A stretch of DNA of 64,000 nt from Chitinophagales bacterium (GCA_035638255.1 DASRAJ010000157.1:94827-158826), one strand, 5' to 3'; counted from the first letter of the stretch, positions 1 through 10,876 are shown. Notes: generated from the letters alone by a model not told the origin. Made by a program: numbers and translations.

Positions 1-24
1 TTTTGGATAGGGCTTGGAGGTCCT

Positions 25-420
25 TTGCAAACCATGTTGACGGGAACAATTGGTCTTCTTCTGCTTTTCCTTTACCGCAAGTCTTTTTACTCACGAGAAC
101 AACTCACTTTCAGACAATGGGTTTTAGTTTTTGTTTCTCTGTTTTGGCTGAGACAAACAGCAAATTTTTTTGCATTGATCGGTAGCTATGTTATTAACGG
201 AAAACTCTCAGTTTGCAGTGATGAAATCAGACTTGAGCAGTCTCTTCAATTACCCGGCTTGACCATTTCTGCTCTCACAGGAATTATAGGTGCAGTGATT
301 TTGACAATTGTAATTTTCAAATTCATTCCGGCAATGCAGCGGATGACGTTCATACTTTCAGGAATTACCGGAGGAATGACAGGATATTTTTTATGGTTAG
401 TTTTGCCCGCAAGAATTTAG
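25..420 (+). CDS. hypothetical multi-pass membrane protein
   Basis: 131-aa ORF made mostly of hydrophobic helices. No recognisable family motif. The upstream region is cut by the window edge. Confidence 0.45.
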   Translation: MQTMLTGTIGLLLLFLYRKSFYSREQLTFRQWVLVFVSLFWLRQTANFFALIGSYVINGKLSVCSDEIRLEQSLQLPGLTISALTGIIGAVILTIVIFKFIPAMQRMTFILSGITGGMTGYFLWLVLPARI

Positions 421-575
421 TTCACTAAGCGTGATCAAGAATGTTTTTAACTAACATTGCATCTACCTTGTAACGGTTTATGATGAAAGCAGGTTTATCA
501 CCCGAAAGATTGTTGTTTTAAAATAAAAGGTTTCTCCATAAAGAAACTACACAAGGATGTGATAAGGAAACAAAA

Positions 576-1622
576 ATGAAAAGAAAATCTCCCGACGATA
601 AGCCGCAAGGCATCGGCACAAAAATTCTAAAAGGGATAGGCATTGCAACAGCTATTATCTCGCTGATTCTTGGAGGCAACCAGGTTTATAAAATGATTCT
701 GGAGAGGCAACACCGGGCCGAGCGCGACAAAAAAATCGGTGCCTTGCTAAAAGATTCAGAATCGCAGGTGAATGCCAACGATTATAACGGGGCATGGAAA
801 ACATTAAAGCAAGCTCAAGAATTGAACGCCGATTCACGGGAGGTAGAAAAGGAGCAGGTGCAGGTTGCAATGAAATGGATTCGCAGTGTTTATTTTGAAA
901 GAACCGCTGCGATAAAGAATTATTCGGAGGTGGTTGACATGTTAACGCCTGTTCTCAATCACGAATTAAATTTGGTTGATGACAAGCAGGCAGCAGATAT
1001 CCTGGCTCACATCGGATGGGCAAACTATCTGAAATCGTTCGATGGGATTACCGATTTAAAAACGGAGGAATTGTTTCAGGAAGCAATTAGGAAAGATTCA
1101 CTCAACGTATATGCAAATGCCATGTGGGGCTATTGGCTTATAAAAAATGGAAATCCCTTGGATGAAGCAAAGGCGCATTTTGAGATGGCATTAAAAGGTG
1201 ACAGGGACAAACCTTTTGTGAGGCAAATGCAGTTATATGCTTTTTATATGAATCAGGATATAAATGTGCAAATGGAAATTATGAAAGTGGTAAATTCAAT
1301 GCGTAAAGGTGCGGAAGAGCTAAGTGTAGACAAACGCCAGGGGATAGTAAATGAGGCATACAATTTTTTTGGAAAAGAATTATTCGATAGCATCAACACC
1401 GTTTTATCACCGGATGAGCATCTCGCCACTTTTAACTATCTCATTAGTCAAACTGATTATGCAACCCATCCGAATCTGTTATTGACTCATGCTCTTCTTT
1501 TAGAAAACGCAGGCGAAAAATCAAAAGCACTTGTGATTTTTCAATCTTTAAAAAAAGAAAAATATTTCGCAAGAATGAAAGAAGTTGATGATGGGATAAA
1601 AAGGATTACGGGTAAAAAATGA
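576..1622 (+). CDS. hypothetical membrane-anchored helical-repeat protein
   Basis: 348-aa ORF with one N-terminal TM segment (GIGIATAIISLILGG) followed by a helical, TPR-like composition. No catalytic motif recognised. Confidence 0.6.
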   Translation: MKRKSPDDKPQGIGTKILKGIGIATAIISLILGGNQVYKMILERQHRAERDKKIGALLKDSESQVNANDYNGAWKTLKQAQELNADSREVEKEQVQVAMKWIRSVYFERTAAIKNYSEVVDMLTPVLNHELNLVDDKQAADILAHIGWANYLKSFDGITDLKTEELFQEAIRKDSLNVYANAMWGYWLIKNGNPLDEAKAHFEMALKGDRDKPFVRQMQLYAFYMNQDINVQMEIMKVVNSMRKGAEELSVDKRQGIVNEAYNFFGKELFDSINTVLSPDEHLATFNYLISQTDYATHPNLLLTHALLLENAGEKSKALVIFQSLKKEKYFARMKEVDDGIKRITGKK

Positions 1623-1933
1623 AGATGTTACCTTTTGAAAAGGATCACACATTATCAGGATATTTCGAAATTAACCAAACGATTGTTGTTCCAATCAAAA
1701 GTCCGCCAATTGTCAGGGTAAAAACTATAAATGTTTTAAAGTCTTTTGCAAGGCAATAACGACAGTATTGAAGAAGTTAGGCACAAGCTGCGGATGGTAT
1801 CGCAAAATGCGTGAATCATGTAACATTTTTCCAAAATTGTGTAACGATAATCGTTTAAAGAGAACTTAGGTTTACAGTGTAATAATTCCGTTACACCCGT
1901 CCCGCCGGAAGCGGGAAACTAAATTCAAAAAAA

Positions 1934-2140
1934 ATGTCAACAACACCAACAACAGGAAACTCGTCTCCTGAAAAAGGAAACTGGAATTATCAGAAGAGCA
2001 AGCTCAAAGAACAATTCCCGACCTTAACGGATTCGGATTTGCAATATGAAGAAGGCAAAAAAGATTTCATGTTCACCAGGTTGCAAACTAAACTTGGCAT
2101 AACCAGAACAGAACTTGATACAATTATTTCAGAGTTTTAA
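1934..2140 (+). CDS. CsbD-like general stress protein
   Basis: 68-aa ORF. GNWNYQKSKLKEQFPTLTDSDL...EGKKD...LQTKLGITRTEL matches the CsbD pattern (GxWxxxKGKLKExxGxLTDDDL...GKxDxLxGxIQxxYG). Confidence 0.65.
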   Translation: MSTTPTTGNSSPEKGNWNYQKSKLKEQFPTLTDSDLQYEEGKKDFMFTRLQTKLGITRTELDTIISEF

Positions 2141-2155
2141 GCATTCTTAAATTTG

Positions 2156-2195
2156 AAAAAGGTCGTTAACCAATTTGCTTAACGACCTTTTTTTT
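2156..2195. terminator. bidirectional rho-independent terminator
   Basis: aaaaaGGTCGTTAAccaatttgcTTAACGACCttttttt: a 9-bp perfect stem flanked by an A-run and a T-run, between convergent genes. Confidence 0.7.
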
Positions 2196-2241
2196 GCGAG
2201 GCGCGGTTGCTTGTTCCAGCCAGGAAGGAGGGCACTTTTTC

Positions 2242-3813
2242 TTATTCTCTCCCAAACAAGACCACGTGTTCACTCTGCGTTTGCATAGCGGTAGAAATGC
2301 GGAGCAGATAACTTCCCGGCCAGAGAGAACTTATATCAACGTCAAGATGATGGAAGAAACCGCTTGTGCTTCTCAACAGTTGTCCATTCTGATTAAACAA
2401 CTCAATAGTGGCATTTGAAGGGTCGAAAAAGATAACTTCCAGGTAGGTGCCGGAATTTATAACCTTCCAATACTGCTCATTGGAGGTAACGATCATTTGC
2501 TTTTGTCCGCTGCAACTGTAATTATCAGACATGTCAGGGGAAGAAGCGGCCTTGCACCGGCTGTTTACGCAATCAAAAAACAATGAAGTGTTGATGTTGG
2601 AACATTCATCGCACAATACTGCCTGGAAAAAACTCGCTGCGCGCTGAACGATGTAAGCCCTTACCTTCGAATTCTGGTTATAGCTAAGACCGAAGGGATC
2701 AGCATCTCCTCCGGTTCCATGACCCATATCAGAATCAAGATAAACCTCGGCACAAATGTTTTTGCTCAGGCATTCATCATAAATAGCGCTTGATCCTGCA
2801 AGCCAAACGATATTGCCTGCAGCAGGATTGGTATAATGGATGCTGTCACATTGATCTGCGGTAGCTTTGCTTCCGGTACTATATGTATTAGCGTATAGAT
2901 TGTATGCCACCGTGGCATCCAATTCCCCGTGAAAGCCAATGAAAGGCGGCTCACCCGCATCTATAAAATTCAGAGCGGTTCCGCTGCTGTCTGACTCTGC
3001 CAGACCACCCCATAAATTTATGACACCACGGATCGTGTAGCTCATGGCTGGCTTGCCATAATAGAACCGTGGCATGGGAGCACGATCATCCAGGGTGCCG
3101 AGAACGGCGGATACGCCGGGCATTACGGCATCGGCCTCTTGCTGATCCAGGTAGGCGGTGTTCACAGCAATCACCCCACCTTCGCTTTGGCCTCCTATAA
3201 AAATTTTATTCACGTCAATCTTATAAGGTTCACCTCCATCGTTCTGCCGTTTGATGATCGTTCTGATGGCGCCGCGGGCATCCTGCAATCCACGGTAGAG
3301 CGCAAGCATATAGGAGGCAGAGATCCCGCTATTGTCGCCATCTTTGCCGCGGCGGTATTCAACACTAAAAGCAACAAACCCGCGCCTTGCGAAATCTATA
3401 CAGTAATCTTCCTCGTCTGATTTATCGCTGCATTCACTGAAACCACCACCATGAAAAAGGATGATTGCCGGGAGTTGAGGATAAGTACCGCAGGAAAGAT
3501 AAGGATAATAAACATCGTAGGTGAGTGAATTTTCAGCAGCATCACTTCCATATAGGCATCCAGTGTTGACTACACAACTTGGCTTAGTGATTTGGAAGTC
3601 AATGAAAGCATTGGAGATATTTGATGAAGCATAAGACATGTTGCTCACGGTGATGATCTTGCTTTTGGAAAGGAATGTACTGTTAAGACAATCAGAACAG
3701 GTGAATCCGCAAAAGGCTTGCGAATAAAGAAAGGATGGAAAAATGATCGCTAACAAGAGCAATATCTGCGTACGGCAGTTAGGTTGTTTCATGGTAAGTT
3801 TGTTTTTGGACAA
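2242..3813 (-). CDS. secreted alpha/beta-hydrolase (esterase/lipase-like) with T9SS C-terminal sorting domain
   Basis: Signal peptide, HGGGF oxyanion motif, GQSEG nucleophile elbow (GxSxG), and a roughly 80-aa beta-rich C-terminus typical of Por/T9SS CTDs. Confidence 0.8.
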   Translation of the reverse strand: MSKNKLTMKQPNCRTQILLLLAIIFPSFLYSQAFCGFTCSDCLNSTFLSKSKIITVSNMSYASSNISNAFIDFQITKPSCVVNTGCLYGSDAAENSLTYDVYYPYLSCGTYPQLPAIILFHGGGFSECSDKSDEEDYCIDFARRGFVAFSVEYRRGKDGDNSGISASYMLALYRGLQDARGAIRTIIKRQNDGGEPYKIDVNKIFIGGQSEGGVIAVNTAYLDQQEADAVMPGVSAVLGTLDDRAPMPRFYYGKPAMSYTIRGVINLWGGLAESDSSGTALNFIDAGEPPFIGFHGELDATVAYNLYANTYSTGSKATADQCDSIHYTNPAAGNIVWLAGSSAIYDECLSKNICAEVYLDSDMGHGTGGDADPFGLSYNQNSKVRAYIVQRAASFFQAVLCDECSNINTSLFFDCVNSRCKAASSPDMSDNYSCSGQKQMIVTSNEQYWKVINSGTYLEVIFFDPSNATIELFNQNGQLLRSTSGFFHHLDVDISSLWPGSYLLRISTAMQTQSEHVVLFGRE

Positions 3814-4147
3814 AGAAGAAATCAGAGTGAATTTTCAATGGGATTGCTCCTTGTCCTGAATAGCACAATTCTGAAGCCGGGATTTTGAATTTCGGGAGTA
3901 GAATATTATGACTCTTCAGGATGGATTCTTTGAAGTGTGGGACGTAAGTGAAATGAAGTGAGCCTCTCAAAAATGTTTTACCTTGAAGGTAAGCAGCACC
4001 TGAAATCATAACTGGCGATTGCCATGAGAAATAAAATGATGAGCGCAAAAAATCCAGCGGATTGAAATCGAAAGTTGATAAGTGAATATTGTTCAAAAAA
4101 AACTGGGAGAAGGGATTGATATTTCCGGAGTAATGAAATTGAATGTT

Positions 4148-6166
4148 CTATGAAACTATGTCTCCTTGTGATTTGCTGCCTTTGTTTTTTGGAGAAGATT
4201 TCTTCCTGTTTTTCTTTGCATCAGATGCTTCGAAAAGTTTGTGCCCGATGATGACTCGCAAAATTTCTCCCACGCTCCACGCTTGAGCAACACATCCGCG
4301 GGGCGTAAAAGGCGGCTCCGCATCCATGATCTCGGAAACCGATCCGATGCATCTTTCGCTGAGATGGTATTTGAAATCTTCAATCACTTGCTTCGCTTCT
4401 GATTTACCTTTTGCTCCGTCCACTTTAATAATTGCATCCACATAAGCGCCGAGCAGCCAATCCCAAATAGTTCCCTGGTGGTATGCACTATCGCGTTGCA
4501 ATTGATTACCGCCATAGTGCGGTTTGTAATCAGCGTGATCAGCAGATAAGCTTCGCAAGCCAGCCGGGGTGTACAATTTCTCTTTTACGATTTTCAAAAT
4601 GCTCTTTGCTTGTTTGCCTTTCATCAGCGGGAAAGGAAGTGAAATGGAAAACAATTGATTCGGCCGAATGCTTGGGTCTTTATACGCTCCGTTCACGCAA
4701 TCGTAAAGACATTTCATTTCTTCATTCCAGAAAACTTTTGGAAACTGTTCTTTCACCTTCTCAGCGCGGGCAGAAAAAATTTTTGCTTCTGATTTTTCTC
4801 CGTTGAGCTTGAGAAGATCAGCATAGATCATGAGGGCATTGTACCAGAGTGCATTGATCTCAACAGGTTTCCCGATTCGGGGAGTCACCACCCAGGAGTC
4901 TATTCTTGCATCCATCCAGGTGAGTTGCTGTCCTTCTGTTCCTGCATACAACAAGCCATCTTCATCCGTGTGAATGTTATAGCGTGTCCCTTTAAAATGC
5001 CAGGCGATAATGTCTTTCAATACAGGTAACAATTCCTTCAGTACAAATTTTTTGTCTGAAGATGCTTCGAAGTATTTATGAATGGCGATGAAGAACCAGA
5101 GCGTTGCATCTGCAGTATTGTATTCAGGCGCCTCACCATAATCCGGAAAGCGATTTGGCAACATGCCCTGGCTTACACTCTTCGCGAAGGCAGAAAGAAT
5201 TTTTTTCGCATCAGCGAATCGTTCGGTTGTCAGGCACAAGCCGGGCAGTGCAATCATGGTGTCGCGTCCCCAATCACTAAACCAATGATAGCCGGCTATG
5301 ATGGTTTTCAAATCTTCGCCGCGCTTTACAATGAACTGATCAGCAGCGAGCGCAAGAGTTTTCAAAACCGGATGACTGTATTTTTTATTGGAAAGAATTT
5401 TTTCCCGCCTTGCAAATTCTTCTTTGAACAATTTAACGGCATCTCTTCCTCCGGGGTTTTCTGTAGAGATGATGATACCAAATTCATCATCTGCTTTCGC
5501 CTCCTTCAGAAATTTTCCATGCGTAAAAAGATCTTCCGTGAAGTCAAGCCCGCGGTATTGCTCTTCAGCATATTCAAAATTTCGATACCAGTCCGGCTGA
5601 TGATTGAATGATGAATCAGGAATAGAAATGAAAAGTTCCGGTGAATCACGATATGCCTTCGCTCTGAGAATTCCATTTTGAAAATTTGCTTCACGATTGA
5701 TGTCGTTATTCTCCCGGGAGAGAGAATGGAAATCCCTGAAAGCAACGAGCGGAAGAAATTCAATTTTGAAAGTTGATGGTGCTGTGAGCACTTTGTAGAT
5801 GATCAGCGTAGTATTCTCTCTGTGAACGGCGGCAATTGTTTTCCTGATAGAGGTTCCATTTGGCATCTCGTACAGGAATTCGGGAAAGAGATCGCGAGTG
5901 AATGATTTGAGAAAGCTGAAGCCCTGAGGATGTATAGCATCTTTGTATTGGTTACTTCCCAACTCAAAACGCTCATCACTGTCAATGAGGGTCTCATCTA
6001 ATTTTGAAAGCAAATTCAAACGCTCAACGGGCGGCTTCATGGAGGCGATGAGCAAACTATGGTAGCGACGCGTGTGCGCCCCGATGAGAGATGAGCTTGC
6101 GTATCCACCCAAGCCGTTAGTCTCAAGCCATTCTAATTTGGTTCCTGACTCAAAAGTGTAGTTCAT
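4148..6166 (-). CDS. glycogen debranching enzyme (amylo-alpha-1,6-glucosidase family, GDE_C)
   Basis: 672 aa. N-terminal WLETNGLGGYASS and central GYHWFSDWGRDTMIALPGL are typical of bacterial and archaeal GDE-type debranching enzymes. Confidence 0.85.
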   Translation of the reverse strand: MNYTFESGTKLEWLETNGLGGYASSSLIGAHTRRYHSLLIASMKPPVERLNLLSKLDETLIDSDERFELGSNQYKDAIHPQGFSFLKSFTRDLFPEFLYEMPNGTSIRKTIAAVHRENTTLIIYKVLTAPSTFKIEFLPLVAFRDFHSLSRENNDINREANFQNGILRAKAYRDSPELFISIPDSSFNHQPDWYRNFEYAEEQYRGLDFTEDLFTHGKFLKEAKADDEFGIIISTENPGGRDAVKLFKEEFARREKILSNKKYSHPVLKTLALAADQFIVKRGEDLKTIIAGYHWFSDWGRDTMIALPGLCLTTERFADAKKILSAFAKSVSQGMLPNRFPDYGEAPEYNTADATLWFFIAIHKYFEASSDKKFVLKELLPVLKDIIAWHFKGTRYNIHTDEDGLLYAGTEGQQLTWMDARIDSWVVTPRIGKPVEINALWYNALMIYADLLKLNGEKSEAKIFSARAEKVKEQFPKVFWNEEMKCLYDCVNGAYKDPSIRPNQLFSISLPFPLMKGKQAKSILKIVKEKLYTPAGLRSLSADHADYKPHYGGNQLQRDSAYHQGTIWDWLLGAYVDAIIKVDGAKGKSEAKQVIEDFKYHLSERCIGSVSEIMDAEPPFTPRGCVAQAWSVGEILRVIIGHKLFEASDAKKNRKKSSPKNKGSKSQGDIVS

Positions 6167-6303
6167 CGCCGTTACATTGCAGGTTCAAGTAACATTTTTT
6201 TCTTCTCATGAATGTCTTGCACAATAAGGAAAGTTTAAACGCTGTTGAAACCAGACAAACAAAAAAGGTTTCAACTTCCGCTGAAACCCTGACTCGCTAT
6301 GGG

Positions 6304-6378
6304 TGGGAGTTGACGGGTTCGAACCGCCGACCCTCTGCTTGTAAGGCAGATGCTCTGAACCAGCTGAGCTAAACTCCC
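6304..6378 (-). tRNA. tRNA-Val (anticodon TAC)
   Basis: The reverse complement GGGAGTTTAGCTCAGCTGG...CTGCCTTACAAGCAG...GGTTCGAACCCGTCAACTCCCA folds as a cloverleaf. The anticodon loop is CTTACAA and the T-loop GGTTCGAACC. No encoded CCA. Confidence 0.9.
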
Positions 6379-6477
6379 TTTTAAAAGTGGTCGCAAAAGT
6401 AACTGCTTACGTCGAAAGCACAAACGGATTCTGCAAACTCTAAGATTCATGGTGACTGAAACTTTACTTTTGCCGGC

Positions 6478-7983
6478 ATGAGCGTGAAGTCAGTTCTGGC
6501 AAAGCCGTTTGCGAATGTGATTCACCGGCGAATTGTCAAGTGGAGCAAAGAAGCAGAGCGTGCCCAGGAGTTTTGGTTTCACAAGCTGATTACTGACGGA
6601 AAGAAAACTTCTTTCGGAAAAGAGCATCAGTTCGAAAAAATCACAAGTCATGATGAGTTTGTAAAGCAGGTGCCGCAAAGTGAATACGAAAATTTCATTC
6701 CTTACATCGAGCGAATAAAAGGCGGAGAAGAGAATGTTTTGTGGAAAGGCAAACCGATCTACTTTGCCAAATCTTCAGGAACCACTTCAGGCATCAAGTA
6801 CATTCCAATCACCAAAGATTCCATTCCCAATCACATTGACACTGCGCGCAACGCGTTGCTGATGTACATCGCTGAAACAGGCAATACGCAATTTGTGAAT
6901 GGCAAGATGATTTTTTTATCAGGAAGCCCCCGGCTGGAAGAGGTTGGAGGGATCCTCACCGGGCGATTGAGCGGCATTGTAAATCATCATGTTCCACGAT
7001 ATCTGAGGGGGAATCAACTGCCATCCTATGAAACCAATTGTATTGAGGATTGGGAAATAAAAGTAGAGAAGATTGTAGAAGAAACGATGAAGGAAGACAT
7101 GACGCTCATCAGTGGCATTCCTCCCTGGATGCAGATGTATTTTGAAAAGCTTTTAGAGAAAACAGGAAAACAAACCATCAAAGAAATTTTCCCCAACTTT
7201 CAGGTACTCGTACATGGCGGCGTAAACTTTGAGCCCTATCGCGCGAAGCTGTTCAACACCATAGGAGCCGGGATTGATTCCATTGAAACATATCCCGCTT
7301 CGGAGGGATTCATCGCATTTCAGGATTCACAAACTGCAGAAGGATTGTTGCTGAATGTTGATTCAGGAATTTTCTTTGAGTTTGTTCCCGCCGGGGAAAT
7401 ATTCTCCTCGTCGCCCGCAAGATTACAATTGAAAGATGTTGAGGTAGGCGCGAACTATGCCATCATAATTTCCTCCAATGCGGGATTATGGGGTTATCAA
7501 CTTGGTGACACGGTAAAGTTCATTTCAAAAAATCCTTACCGGGTTGTTGTGACGGGAAGAACAAAACATTTTATCTCTGCTTTTGGCGAGCATGTGATTG
7601 GCGAAGAAGTAGAGTATGCTTTGATGAAAGCAGCAAAAGAAGAAGGGTTGGAAGTGATTGAATTTACAGTAGCACCTCAAGTGAATCCCTCCGATGAGTT
7701 ATTGCCATATCATGAATGGTTTGTTGAATTCGCCGTTGCCCCTGCTGATATAAATTCATTTCGATTGAAAGTTGACCAACTTCTCCGGGAGAAAAACATT
7801 TACTACGATGATCTTATATCCGGCAATATTCTTCAGCCGCTAAAAATCACTCTTCTGCAAAGGGATGCTTTCCGCAATTACATGAAATCAATCGGTAAGC
7901 TTGGCGGACAAAACAAAGTGCCGCGATTGAGTAATGACAGGAATGTTGCTGACGCAATTCAACCGCACGTTGTGAATGCTTGA
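6478..7983 (+). CDS. GH3 (auxin-responsive promoter) family acyl-adenylate-forming enzyme
   Basis: 501 aa. FAKSSGTTSGIKYIPIT, the PWM...YFE region and the overall length match the bacterial GH3 family common in Bacteroidota. Confidence 0.85.
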   Translation: MSVKSVLAKPFANVIHRRIVKWSKEAERAQEFWFHKLITDGKKTSFGKEHQFEKITSHDEFVKQVPQSEYENFIPYIERIKGGEENVLWKGKPIYFAKSSGTTSGIKYIPITKDSIPNHIDTARNALLMYIAETGNTQFVNGKMIFLSGSPRLEEVGGILTGRLSGIVNHHVPRYLRGNQLPSYETNCIEDWEIKVEKIVEETMKEDMTLISGIPPWMQMYFEKLLEKTGKQTIKEIFPNFQVLVHGGVNFEPYRAKLFNTIGAGIDSIETYPASEGFIAFQDSQTAEGLLLNVDSGIFFEFVPAGEIFSSSPARLQLKDVEVGANYAIIISSNAGLWGYQLGDTVKFISKNPYRVVVTGRTKHFISAFGEHVIGEEVEYALMKAAKEEGLEVIEFTVAPQVNPSDELLPYHEWFVEFAVAPADINSFRLKVDQLLREKNIYYDDLISGNILQPLKITLLQRDAFRNYMKSIGKLGGQNKVPRLSNDRNVADAIQPHVVNA

Positions 7984-8090
7984 ATTCCCGCCATTAATTC
8001 TTCTTTTGAAAGGTTTCGAGTCCTATTTCTTACTATTTCAATTCAATAGCCCTTCAAATTGGGTAGCAATCATATATTATAAGTACCTTT

Positions 8091-8462
8091 GTGGTCAAGA
8101 TGAAAGAACTCGAAATTTACCAGGCAGTCTGGAAAAAATACTTACCCGTGATCGCCATGAAATTGAAGCAGGTGATCAGGAACAACGAATCATCGCACGT
8201 TGGCATGTATCAATTCGAATTCCACAGCACGGGCAAAAAGAAAAAGGTAGGCTATCAATTCGATCTTGAATTGAATAAAGGTCGCGTTATGAATGATATT
8301 TCAGGATCACTGGTAGCCAAGCAATTGACTGAAACAATGAAATCAGATCCTACAGTAAGGCCTTTACTGAATTCAGGTCATTTCATATTTAGCCTCAACA
8401 GTGATTATATTTTAACCATTCAAATCAAGAGTGAAGTTCCACACCCTGTAACTGAGGCGTGA
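8091..8462 (+). CDS. hypothetical protein
   Basis: 123-aa ORF with coding-like composition and no recognised motif. The alternative start MKELEIY at 8100 is plausible. Confidence 0.5.
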   Translation: MVKMKELEIYQAVWKKYLPVIAMKLKQVIRNNESSHVGMYQFEFHSTGKKKKVGYQFDLELNKGRVMNDISGSLVAKQLTETMKSDPTVRPLLNSGHFIFSLNSDYILTIQIKSEVPHPVTEA

Positions 8463-8581
8463 GAGAGTGGTTATCTTTTTTGCTTCAATGAATTGATGAG
8501 TTCCTCCTTATCACTGTTATCATCGCTTCGTACCAATAACTACTTTTCTGTAACTTCCTGGTTAATTTCGTTCTTCAAACT

Positions 8582-8812
8582 ATGAATGAAGCAACCGGAA
8601 TCGGGAAACTGTTCATCATTTGCGGAATAATCCTGGTTGTGATAGGAACTGTATTGTTGTTCGCGGGCAAAATTCCATTCATCGGAAAATTGCCGGGAGA
8701 TATTGTTATAAGGAAAGGAAATTTTTCATTTTATTTCCCTGTCGTCACTTCGATTGTGGTAAGCCTTATCCTCACGCTCATTTTCTTTTTGATTTCCAGA
8801 TTCAAACAATAA
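8582..8812 (+). CDS. DUF2905 family small membrane protein
   Basis: 76 aa. GKLPGDIVIRKGNFSFYFPVVTSIVVSLILTLIFF matches the DUF2905 signature (LPGDI.i.r.nf.fyfP..tsi..S..lt). Confidence 0.7.
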   Translation: MNEATGIGKLFIICGIILVVIGTVLLFAGKIPFIGKLPGDIVIRKGNFSFYFPVVTSIVVSLILTLIFFLISRFKQ

Positions 8813-8839
8813 TTTTACCTTTCAGGATAAATTTTTCTC

Positions 8840-9379
8840 ATGCAGTGGATTGCTTTTGTTCTTGCGATAATAGTTTTAATCTACCGTTTCATTTCGAAAC
8901 AGAAGCGGGAACAGGAAGAAGCGGAACGAAGACGCCGGCAAATTCCTCCCAATACTCCTGCTACAACAACATCCACAACCACAACTGAAAACCCGGAGAA
9001 CGGTGATAAACCGCAACCTAAAACGATTGAAGAGATTCTGAGGGAAATGCACCGCCGCGTTGAGACGCAATCAAAACCGTATGCAAAACCCGTAGCGCAA
9101 AGGCCGGTGTCCCAAAAGCCCGCAGCAAAAAAAGAAGCGCCGAAGCCGCTTCCAAAAGTTCATGCGAAGAAGGAACCTGAACCATTTCTTACGGAAGAAT
9201 ATTCGGCCTACAAAATTGAAGAGGCCAAAATTCCTGCAAACATGGCAGAAGATTTTATTAAGCAAGGGCAGCTCTCTGATATTTATAATGTGCCGAAGAA
9301 AAAATATTCAGCGCTCAATAATTTCAACCTGCAGGATGCGGTGGTGGCACAAATTATTTTACAGCGTCCTGAATGGTAG
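8840..9379 (+). CDS. hypothetical membrane-anchored low-complexity protein
   Basis: 179 aa with an N-terminal TM helix, then a charged, P/K/E-rich region. Confidence 0.55.
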   Translation: MQWIAFVLAIIVLIYRFISKQKREQEEAERRRRQIPPNTPATTTSTTTTENPENGDKPQPKTIEEILREMHRRVETQSKPYAKPVAQRPVSQKPAAKKEAPKPLPKVHAKKEPEPFLTEEYSAYKIEEAKIPANMAEDFIKQGQLSDIYNVPKKKYSALNNFNLQDAVVAQIILQRPEW

Positions 9380-9411
9380 CGCCATAAAAAAATCAGGATT
9401 GAAGAGATGTT

Positions 9412-10689
9412 CTACCCGTCATTCGGGTCATTCTGCATCACCAATTGCATGGTCTGCCTGCTTTTCTGCTCCAGTAAAATCGTCTTTCCCTTCAAATATC
9501 TCTCGATCACTTCCGGCGTATAATGACGAATGGTGAGAAGTTCAAGATGCTCATTAATCAGCACTGCGAAAGGTTGTTTCAGTTCTTCAAGCAGGGGAGA
9601 AATTCTCTCTGAGAAATCAGCACAAATGGAAAAGCTTAGTGCAGAGTTTTGCATCAGGTTCGCTTTCACTCTGTGGTTTGCAAGAATCCTGAAGATGTGA
9701 CTCAGGCTTTCTTCAGCGATGAAAGAAAAATCTTTCGGATAAATAGAGATGAGAATTTGATTTGGTTTTAAAACAAGAACGGGAGGATAGCCTGAAACAT
9801 CACCGTCTTCATTGATAATTGTTCCTGATTTTCCGGGATCAGGAAAGTAACGAACATGCAGCGGAATTTTCTTGTTCTGCAGCGGCTTGATTGTTTTTGG
9901 ATGAATCACTGTAGCACCGTAATATGTCATTTCAATCGCTTCATGATAGGAGAGGAGATCAATTTTTGTTGCGTTTGGAAAATACCGTGGATCAGCATTC
10001 AGCACACCATAAACGTCTTTCCAAATCGTGACGCTTTCTGCATCCAATGCATACGCAAAGATTGCTGCTGAGTAGTCAGATCCTTCTCTGCCAAGAGTCG
10101 TGGTGAAATTTTCTGAAGTGCCACCGAGAAAACCTTGCGTAAGTACAAACTGATTGTTGAGTAATGAAGGAATCTTCTGCTGAATGTTTTGCTCGGTGAT
10201 TTGCCAGTCTACTTTCCCTTCCCTGAAAGTGCTGTCAGTTCGAATGCAGTCCCGCACATCAAGCCATTGAACAGGAATGTTGCGATGATTCAGGTAACCT
10301 GCGAGCATTTTTGAAGAAACCATTTCACCGATGGAAACAATCTGGTCGTAGAGATAATCGTAGGCGTCATGCGGCTCATCTTCGAGAATCCAATCAATCT
10401 CCACAAAGGTGTTGTTCACCTCATCAAAAATCTTGTCCTCTGTTTCGTGAAAAAGCTCTTTAAGGATTTGGTAGTGATCATGCTTCACTTTTTCGAGCAA
10501 CTCATTTGCATTTCCTTTTTTGAAGTAGTATGCATTCACAACTTCTTCGAGTGCATTTGTTGTTTTACCGAGAGCCGAAACAATGAGCACAATCTTTTCC
10601 CCCCGAAATGCTGAAAGAATATTTGCGACGTTGATGAACGAAGCTGAATCTTTAATTGACGCGCCGCCGAATTTAAAAACTTTGATCAT
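9412..10689 (-). CDS. aspartate kinase
   Basis: MIKVFKFGGASIKD and SALGKTTNALE kinase motifs, with C-terminal ACT-like regions. The start is moved to the Met of MIKVFKFGG, 17 codons inside the track ORF. Confidence 0.9.
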   Translation of the reverse strand: MIKVFKFGGASIKDSASFINVANILSAFRGEKIVLIVSALGKTTNALEEVVNAYYFKKGNANELLEKVKHDHYQILKELFHETEDKIFDEVNNTFVEIDWILEDEPHDAYDYLYDQIVSIGEMVSSKMLAGYLNHRNIPVQWLDVRDCIRTDSTFREGKVDWQITEQNIQQKIPSLLNNQFVLTQGFLGGTSENFTTTLGREGSDYSAAIFAYALDAESVTIWKDVYGVLNADPRYFPNATKIDLLSYHEAIEMTYYGATVIHPKTIKPLQNKKIPLHVRYFPDPGKSGTIINEDGDVSGYPPVLVLKPNQILISIYPKDFSFIAEESLSHIFRILANHRVKANLMQNSALSFSICADFSERISPLLEELKQPFAVLINEHLELLTIRHYTPEVIERYLKGKTILLEQKSRQTMQLVMQNDPNDG

Positions 10690-10876
10690 GCTGAAGAATC
10701 CTTTTTCAATAGTGCCGCGCAAAACTAAAAGTATTGTCACGCAGATTGCGCAGATTAAGCAGATGAAAAAATAAGTGGTGCTGCAAGAGTAATTCTATTC
10801 CACAATAAATAATGAGTTGTGTTTTAATTCCAGGCAAAAAAAATCTGCCTGATCTGCGAAATCTGCGAGACCTTGA

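Noticed and set aside
8620-9536. Alternative-frame ORFs 8620..8988, 8876..9070, 9071..9265 and 9162..9536
   Set aside because: They overlap the DUF2905 gene and the 179-aa gene, and their Cys/Arg-rich translations are typical of off-frame reading.
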